From the NCBI GenBank assembly GCA_963721765.1, contig CAVRJP010000001.1, forward strand, positions 1,306,984 to 1,370,983: a stretch of 64,000 nucleotides of DNA. Direction: 5' to 3'. Positions 59,353 to 64,000 of this stretch are shown piece by piece (position 1 is the first letter of the stretch; each line of letters opens with the position of its first letter). Source of the DNA: an uncultured Chloroflexia bacterium. Lineage in GTDB: Bacteria > Chloroflexota > Limnocylindria > Limnocylindrales > CSP1-4. Position numbers and translations under genes: made by a program. The notes beneath the pieces were generated by a model, which worked only from the letters and a program-made list of their open reading frames with translations, searched no databases and was not told the origin of the DNA.

Positions 59353-61272
59353 ATGAGGCGGGTTTCGGGGGGAACGGGTCGTTCCAGTGCGGTTGCGATC
59401 GTCGCGCTGAGCCTGATGATCGGCATGCTCGTCGCGTTCCGGCCCGCGGCGGCAGAGGCGGCCGTCGTCACCCAGGTGGTCAGCGCGTCGGCGGACACGT
59501 ACGTCGATTCGGGGGCGGCCTCGACGCCGCTCGGGACCCAGGGAAGCCTCAGCGTGGACGCATCCCCGACCCGGTACACGTTCCTTCGATTCTCCGTCCC
59601 GACAGTCTCGGGCACGATCACCGCGGCGACGCTGCGACTGCACACGCGGGACACCAGCGACGCCGGCAGTCCGGCGGGTGGCACGGTGCGCAGGATCACC
59701 TCGACCAGCTGGTCCGAAGCCGCCACGACCTACAACAACCGGCCATCGACGAGCGGCACGACTGTCGGAACGTTCGGGGCCGTGTCGCGCAACGCCTGGT
59801 ACCAGCTCAACGCGCTGTCCGTCGTCGCGTCGGGCGCGACGCTGAACCTGGCGATCGTCTCGTCGAACACCGACGGCGCGTACTACGACGCGCGCGAGAC
59901 GGGCGCCAACGGACCGCAGCTGGTGCTGACGATCGAGACGCAGCCGTCGAGCGCGGTCGCGCTGACGCCGACGGCGGACACTTACGTCGAGAACGGCACG
60001 GCGGCCGGGACGACCTTCGGGACCGCGACGAGCTTCGTCGCGGACGCCTCGCCCGTCCGACAATCGTTCCTGCGGTTCGACCTGACAGCGATCTCCACCC
60101 TCGCGTCCGCGAGGCTTCGCCTCCACGTCCTCAACGACTCCAGTGGCCCGAGCCCGTTCGGCGGCACGGTGACTCGCCTGAGCGGCGCATGGGGCGAGGC
60201 GACGACAACGTTCAACAACAAGCCGGCGATCGGCGCGACGGTCGCGACCCTCGGCGCGGTGACTCAGAACGCCTGGATCGAGGTCGACGTCACGAGCGCC
60301 GCGCTGCCGGGCGCGATCCTCGAGCTCGGGATCACCTCGAGCAACACCGACGGCGCCTATTACCACTCCCGGGAATCCGGCGCCACCTCGCCGCAGCTCA
60401 TCGTGTCGACCACCGCGCCGCCGACGGCGCCCCCGCCAACATCGGCCCCGGCGGGGATCGTCATTGCCGCTGTCGGCGACATGGCCTGCGCCCCGACGAG
60501 CCAGGTCACGAGCACGACCTGCCGCCAGCTGACCGTCTCGAACCTCATCCACAACGACGCCGCGATCCAGCACTTCCTGGTGCTCGGCGACCTCCAGTAC
60601 CCGAACGGCGAGCTCTCGAACTTCCAGGCGCAGGGCGGCTACGCGGGCAGCTACGGCCGGTTCAAGGCGAAGACAAAGCCGGCGCCCGGCAACCACGAGT
60701 ACAACACCAGCGGCGCGACCGGCTACTACACCTACTTCGGGGCGCTGGCTGGCGATCCGGCGAAGGGTTACTACAGCTTCGACATCGGGACCACCTGGCA
60801 CGTCGTCGCGCTCAACTCCAACTGCTCGGTCGTGTTCTGCACCGCCGGGTCCGCCCAGGAGCAATGGCTGCGCGGGGATCTCGCCGCGAGCACGCGCCAG
60901 TGCACGATCGCGTACTGGCATCACCCGATGTACACCTCGGCCGGACGCGGCGACAACACGAACATGGACCCGATCTGGCGAGCCATCGCCGAGGACGGTG
61001 GCGAGCTCGTCCTCGCCGGCCACGAGCACCAGTACGAACGCTTCGCGCCGGTCAGCGCAACGGGCGCGGCTGACGCCAACGGTGTGCGCTCGCTCGTCGT
61101 CGGCACCGGCGGTCACAGCCTGGCCGGGTTCGGCGCCACGCACGCCAACAGCCTCGTGCGCATCCAGGCGTTCGGCGTGCTGAAGCTGACGCTCGGGACG
61201 AGCTCCTACTCGTTCCAGATGATCAACGAGAGCGGCACGGTCCTCGATAGCGGCTCGGGCACCTGCCACTGA
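59353..61272 (+). CDS. Secreted protein: two DNRLRE-type (CBM96-like) domains plus a calcineurin-like metallophosphoesterase domain
   Basis: ORF 59353..61272. Signal/TM 'AVAIVALSLMIGMLVAF'. Duplicated module 'ADTYV...TRYTFLRFSV...ATLRLH...W.E...T.NN.P' (aa ~45-200 and ~205-360). Phosphoesterase motifs 'AAVGDMA', 'VLGDLQY', 'PGNHEY', 'WHHPMY', 'AGHEHQYER'. Confidence 0.8.
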   Translation: MRRVSGGTGRSSAVAIVALSLMIGMLVAFRPAAAEAAVVTQVVSASADTYVDSGAASTPLGTQGSLSVDASPTRYTFLRFSVPTVSGTITAATLRLHTRDTSDAGSPAGGTVRRITSTSWSEAATTYNNRPSTSGTTVGTFGAVSRNAWYQLNALSVVASGATLNLAIVSSNTDGAYYDARETGANGPQLVLTIETQPSSAVALTPTADTYVENGTAAGTTFGTATSFVADASPVRQSFLRFDLTAISTLASARLRLHVLNDSSGPSPFGGTVTRLSGAWGEATTTFNNKPAIGATVATLGAVTQNAWIEVDVTSAALPGAILELGITSSNTDGAYYHSRESGATSPQLIVSTTAPPTAPPPTSAPAGIVIAAVGDMACAPTSQVTSTTCRQLTVSNLIHNDAAIQHFLVLGDLQYPNGELSNFQAQGGYAGSYGRFKAKTKPAPGNHEYNTSGATGYYTYFGALAGDPAKGYYSFDIGTTWHVVALNSNCSVVFCTAGSAQEQWLRGDLAASTRQCTIAYWHHPMYTSAGRGDNTNMDPIWRAIAEDGGELVLAGHEHQYERFAPVSATGAADANGVRSLVVGTGGHSLAGFGATHANSLVRIQAFGVLKLTLGTSSYSFQMINESGTVLDSGSGTCH

Positions 61273-61307
61273 GCCTGCGGGGTCACTACGCCCGCGGAAC
61301 CGGTTGG

Positions 61308-62651
61308 TCAGCGGCCCTCTGACAGCTCGTCGGCGAGCTCCTCGAGGGACGAGGTGATCCGCGCCACCACCGGCATGAACAGCGGCGAGCAGACCTCGGC
61401 ACACCTCGTGCCGAGCTCGGCGAGCACGCGCATGCGCTCCTCGAGCACGGCCCACGCGGCGTCGCGGTGGGGGAGCAGGAAGTCTGTCGAGTAGAAGAGC
61501 TCGAATGTGGGGCCCGCGGTGACGCCCGGGTGGTCGAAGCCGACCGGGAGCCGCGTGACCAGCCCGCCGAGCGGCTTCACGACGTTCCGCATCAGGCCCA
61601 TGCTGACGCTCGCCAGGACGTCGAGCTGATCGTCCGTCTCGTCGGTGTGCGCGAAGTAGCGCGCGAGCACCTGCAGGATCACCTCGTAGACGGCGTTCAG
61701 CAGGTCGACGGAGCGGCTCGTGAACGGGTCGCTGATGATCGGCACCGGCAGGCCGTCCTCGCGCGCCCGCACGAACGCCGCGAGCACCGGCCGCGACGGC
61801 TCGAAGGTCGGATCCGCGTCGCGCATGTCGAGGAACTCGTCGAGCATCGCGACGAGCCGCCCGAAGTGCGCCTCCCGCCAGTCGCCCCGCGCCCCCTCGC
61901 CCTGCTCGACGATGACGTCGATCGCCGCCCGAGCCGAGGCGAGGTCGGTCACCGGAAGCAGCTCGTCGAACCGGAAGTGGCGTGGCGTCGCCTGGGCTGC
62001 CGGCGGGCCCAGGAACAGCCGGGCTTCGCCGAACCGACTGGCCAGGTTGTCGAGCCCGAGCTCGATCGCCCGGTACAGCTCGCCGATCGTGTCGAAGTCC
62101 TGGAGCCGCGGCCCGATCTCGTCCTCGGTCGCCCGGGGGAGGGCAGCGGCCTTGTCGACGGCGGCCATCGCGTCCTGGTCGGCCATGTCGAGCCCATCCG
62201 GTCGCTCGAGGTAGATGAAGTGCCGCAGCGACACCTCGTGGAACGGCAGCAGCTCCATCCGGATGCCCGCGGGGTAGGCGTGCGGCGGCAGCGGGAAGTT
62301 CGGCCGGCCGAGCGATGAGGACGCGCCGACCGCGGTCAGGATGTTCTGCACGAGCGCGAGGTGGAGCATCTCTTGCTCGGCGATGTGGAGCAGCTCGCGT
62401 CGCCATCGCCGCGTGGCCACGAGCTGCTCCGCAGTCAGGCCGTCGTCATCGCGGTCCTTCATCGAGAAGGCCGCATACAGGTACTGGCACATGACGAGCT
62501 GCTCGAGCGAGGCAGCCTTGCCGAGCGTGTAGATCAGGGCCTCGCGATGCTGGAGGACCATCGTCGGCGCGTCGGGCTCGGCCCCGCCACGAGACCTCAG
62601 GAGCTGCATCAGGCGGCCACCCGCCGGTGGCGCCGCCACGGTCTCGGTCAC
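61308..62651 (-). CDS. Ferritin-like (di-iron carboxylate type) domain protein, 447 aa
   Basis: ORF 61308..62651. 'LGKAASLEQLVMCQYLYAAFSM' and 'IAEQEMLHLALVQNILTAVG' resemble the E...E-x-x-H helices of the Pfam 'Ferritin-like' family. This is motif memory only. Confidence 0.65.
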   Translation of the reverse strand: MTETVAAPPAGGRLMQLLRSRGGAEPDAPTMVLQHREALIYTLGKAASLEQLVMCQYLYAAFSMKDRDDDGLTAEQLVATRRWRRELLHIAEQEMLHLALVQNILTAVGASSSLGRPNFPLPPHAYPAGIRMELLPFHEVSLRHFIYLERPDGLDMADQDAMAAVDKAAALPRATEDEIGPRLQDFDTIGELYRAIELGLDNLASRFGEARLFLGPPAAQATPRHFRFDELLPVTDLASARAAIDVIVEQGEGARGDWREAHFGRLVAMLDEFLDMRDADPTFEPSRPVLAAFVRAREDGLPVPIISDPFTSRSVDLLNAVYEVILQVLARYFAHTDETDDQLDVLASVSMGLMRNVVKPLGGLVTRLPVGFDHPGVTAGPTFELFYSTDFLLPHRDAAWAVLEERMRVLAELGTRCAEVCSPLFMPVVARITSSLEELADELSEGR

Positions 62652-63171
62652 GATCCGAGTCTACCGGCGATCGCGGAATTGGAGCCTGCGGCGCGCTCTC
62701 CGGCGCACGCTGCCCTCGGCGCTCGGCGCGGTCTGCGCTCCGCCGCGGTCTGCGCCCCCGGCGCACCCGTGGCCTCCGATCGCGGCCTCGCCCAGCGCGG
62801 CGCCGGGCGTTCATTGCCATTGGTGCTGATCTGAGAGATAGTTGCGCTCAAGCGAAACCATCGCCGTTCGGGCTGGATTCACCGGACCGCCTGGCGCCGT
62901 CACGTGCCTTCCGCCCGATCAGAACGGTCGAACCGGGACCTCACGGCGAGCAATCGACGCGCTTGCACGAGGCGCGTCGGTGACCCGATCCATCCGCCGG
63001 GTTGTGACCACGTGCATGAATGACGTTTCCGCCGTCGAAATGCTCGATCAGAATCGCGCTCGCGCAGACCGCGGTCCGACCGGCGACCCGATACAGGCCT
63101 CGTCCGCGATCGTTTCCCTTGGCCGCAACCAATTCGAAAGCGCCGCCCGTGGGGAAGACGACGCGGCGGAG

Positions 63172-63286
63172 GCGCAGGCGCGGCGTCGGCGCGGGCGCAG
63201 GCGCGGCGTCGGCGCGGGCGCAGGCGCGGAGTCGGCGCGGGCGCAGGTTTGGCGTCGGCGCCGGCGCAGGTTTGGCGTCGGCGCGG
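63172..63286. repeat. 23-bp tandem repeat, 5 copies, in a ~700-bp divergent intergenic region
   Basis: Units start at 63172, 63195, 63218, 63241 and 63264: 'gcgcaggcgcggcgtcggcgcgg' x2, then one with 'gga', then two with 'gcgcaggtttggcgtcggcgc(c/g)g'. The period is not a multiple of 3. Confidence 0.85.
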
Positions 63287-63345
63287 GCGACGATTCGGGT
63301 GAGCGCCGCTCGCTCGGATGCGAGCCGTCCCGCTAGGCTTCCGCC

Positions 63346-64000
63346 GTGGCCCTGATCTCGATCCGCGCGCTCACGAAGCGGTATGGAACGTTCGTGACGG
63401 CCCTCGACGCGCTGACCGTGGATGTCGAGCCCGGGATCGTGGGCCTCGTCGGCTCCAACGGTGCAGGCAAGACGACGCTGCTCAAGATCCTCCTCGGCCT
63501 GATCCCGCCGACGTCCGGCGAGGCGACGGTGTTCGACCTCGACGTCGTGACCCGCGGGACCGACATCCGCCAGCTCGTCGGCTACATGCCGGAGCACGAC
63601 TGTCTCCCGCCCGACTCGACAGCGACCGACTGGGTCTCGCACCTGGCGCTGATGTCCGGCCTGCCAAGGACAGCAGCGAGGGAGCGAACGGCCGAGGTCC
63701 TCCGTCACGTCGGGCTGTACGAGGAGCGCTACCGGGCGATCGGGGGCTACTCGACGGGCATGAAGCAGCGGGTGAAGCTCGCCCAGGCGCTGGTCCACGA
63801 TCCGCGGCTGCTCCTGCTCGACGAGCCCACGAACGGCCTGGACCCAGCTGGGCGCGACGAGATGCTCGAGCTCGTCCATCGGACCGGGACCGAGTTCGGG
63901 ATGGCCGTCATCGTCGCCTCGCACCTGCTCGGCGAGATCGAGCGCGTGTGCGATCACCTCGTCGCGATCGAGGCAGGTCAGCTCCTGCGATCGGCGCCGC
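63346..64000 (+). CDS. ABC transporter ATP-binding protein (5' partial; runs off the window)
   Basis: Not in the ORF track because it has no stop in the window. From GTG 63346: 'ISIRALTKRYGTFVTALDALTVDVEPGIVGLVGSNGAGKTTLLKIL' (Walker A), 'YSTGMKQRVKLAQAL' (signature), 'LLLLDEPTNGLD' (Walker B), 'ASHLL' (H-loop). Confidence 0.9.
   Translation, partial: MALISIRALTKRYGTFVTALDALTVDVEPGIVGLVGSNGAGKTTLLKILLGLIPPTSGEATVFDLDVVTRGTDIRQLVGYMPEHDCLPPDSTATDWVSHLALMSGLPRTAARERTAEVLRHVGLYEERYRAIGGYSTGMKQRVKLAQALVHDPRLLLLDEPTNGLDPAGRDEMLELVHRTGTEFGMAVIVASHLLGEIERVCDHLVAIEAGQLLRSAP

Noticed and set aside
59320-62406. 1028-aa minus-strand ORF spanning the phosphoesterase and ferritin-like genes
   Set aside because: It crosses a convergent gene junction and is Arg/Gly/Pro/Ala junk. 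The plus (59353..61272) and other minus (61308..62651) frames carry real motifs.
62821-62890. TPP riboswitch ('ggtgctgatctgagaga...')
   Set aside because: Only the CUGAGA-like block is present. The downstream ACCUGAUCUGGAUAAUGCCAGCG-type half and the pairing partners are missing. The nearest plus-strand gene is ~450 nt away and is not thiamine-related.
62941-63957. 338-aa minus-strand ORF
   Set aside because: Most of it is antisense to the ABC ATPase. That gene is unmistakable on the plus strand (Walker A, signature, Walker B) but is missing from the ORF track because it has no stop in the window.
1-64000. Mobile elements, prophage or integrative island markers
   Set aside because: I found no transposase (DDE / HTH-IS), integrase/recombinase, phage structural or tRNA-attachment signatures in any frame. 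No terminal inverted repeats flank the accessory-looking patch.

Overview
The window is a very GC-rich chromosomal segment (GC judged by eye, not computed), densely packed with protein-coding genes on both strands. I support about 70 CDS, two of them apparently frameshifted. I recognised no rRNA, tRNA, CRISPR array, transposase or integrase. The gene content suggests an Actinomycetota-like organism, which is inference only: two deazaflavin (F420)-type nitroreductase-family genes, an AAC(2')-I-like acetyltransferase ending in CDWRPGDVW, an Flp pilin, and DUF2461-, DUF1801- and DUF5679-type genes. Most genes are ordinary housekeeping or detoxification functions: murC, yajQ, an ALS-like TPP enzyme, a DEAD-box helicase, an M19 dipeptidase, MFS and EamA transporters, four VOC/glyoxalase genes, an HDAC-family deacetylase and two-component systems. 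The most unusual locus is a three-gene minus-strand unit at 45607..52774. It is built around a 2086-aa protein with this order of parts: signal/anchor, PEGA-like segment, Asp-box and propeller-like motifs, an embedded glutaredoxin-like CPAC module, about 800 aa of unrecognisable sequence, a cluster of three TM helices, and a C-terminal protein-kinase-like motif set. Other items worth a second look:
- An orphan protein with an LQRLAGNRAV leader and a GHSNG hydrolase-like motif (11165..12664).
- A HipA-like kinase / DUF3037 pair beside VapBC and a multiply frameshifted flavin amine oxidase gene (55.8-59.3 kb).
- A response regulator - histidine kinase - flp pilin string.
- A BNR - MoaD-like - membrane-protein operon.
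- Three non-coding tandem-repeat arrays with periods of 71 bp, about 50 bp and 23 bp.

All family names come from motif recognition by eye. No database search was run.
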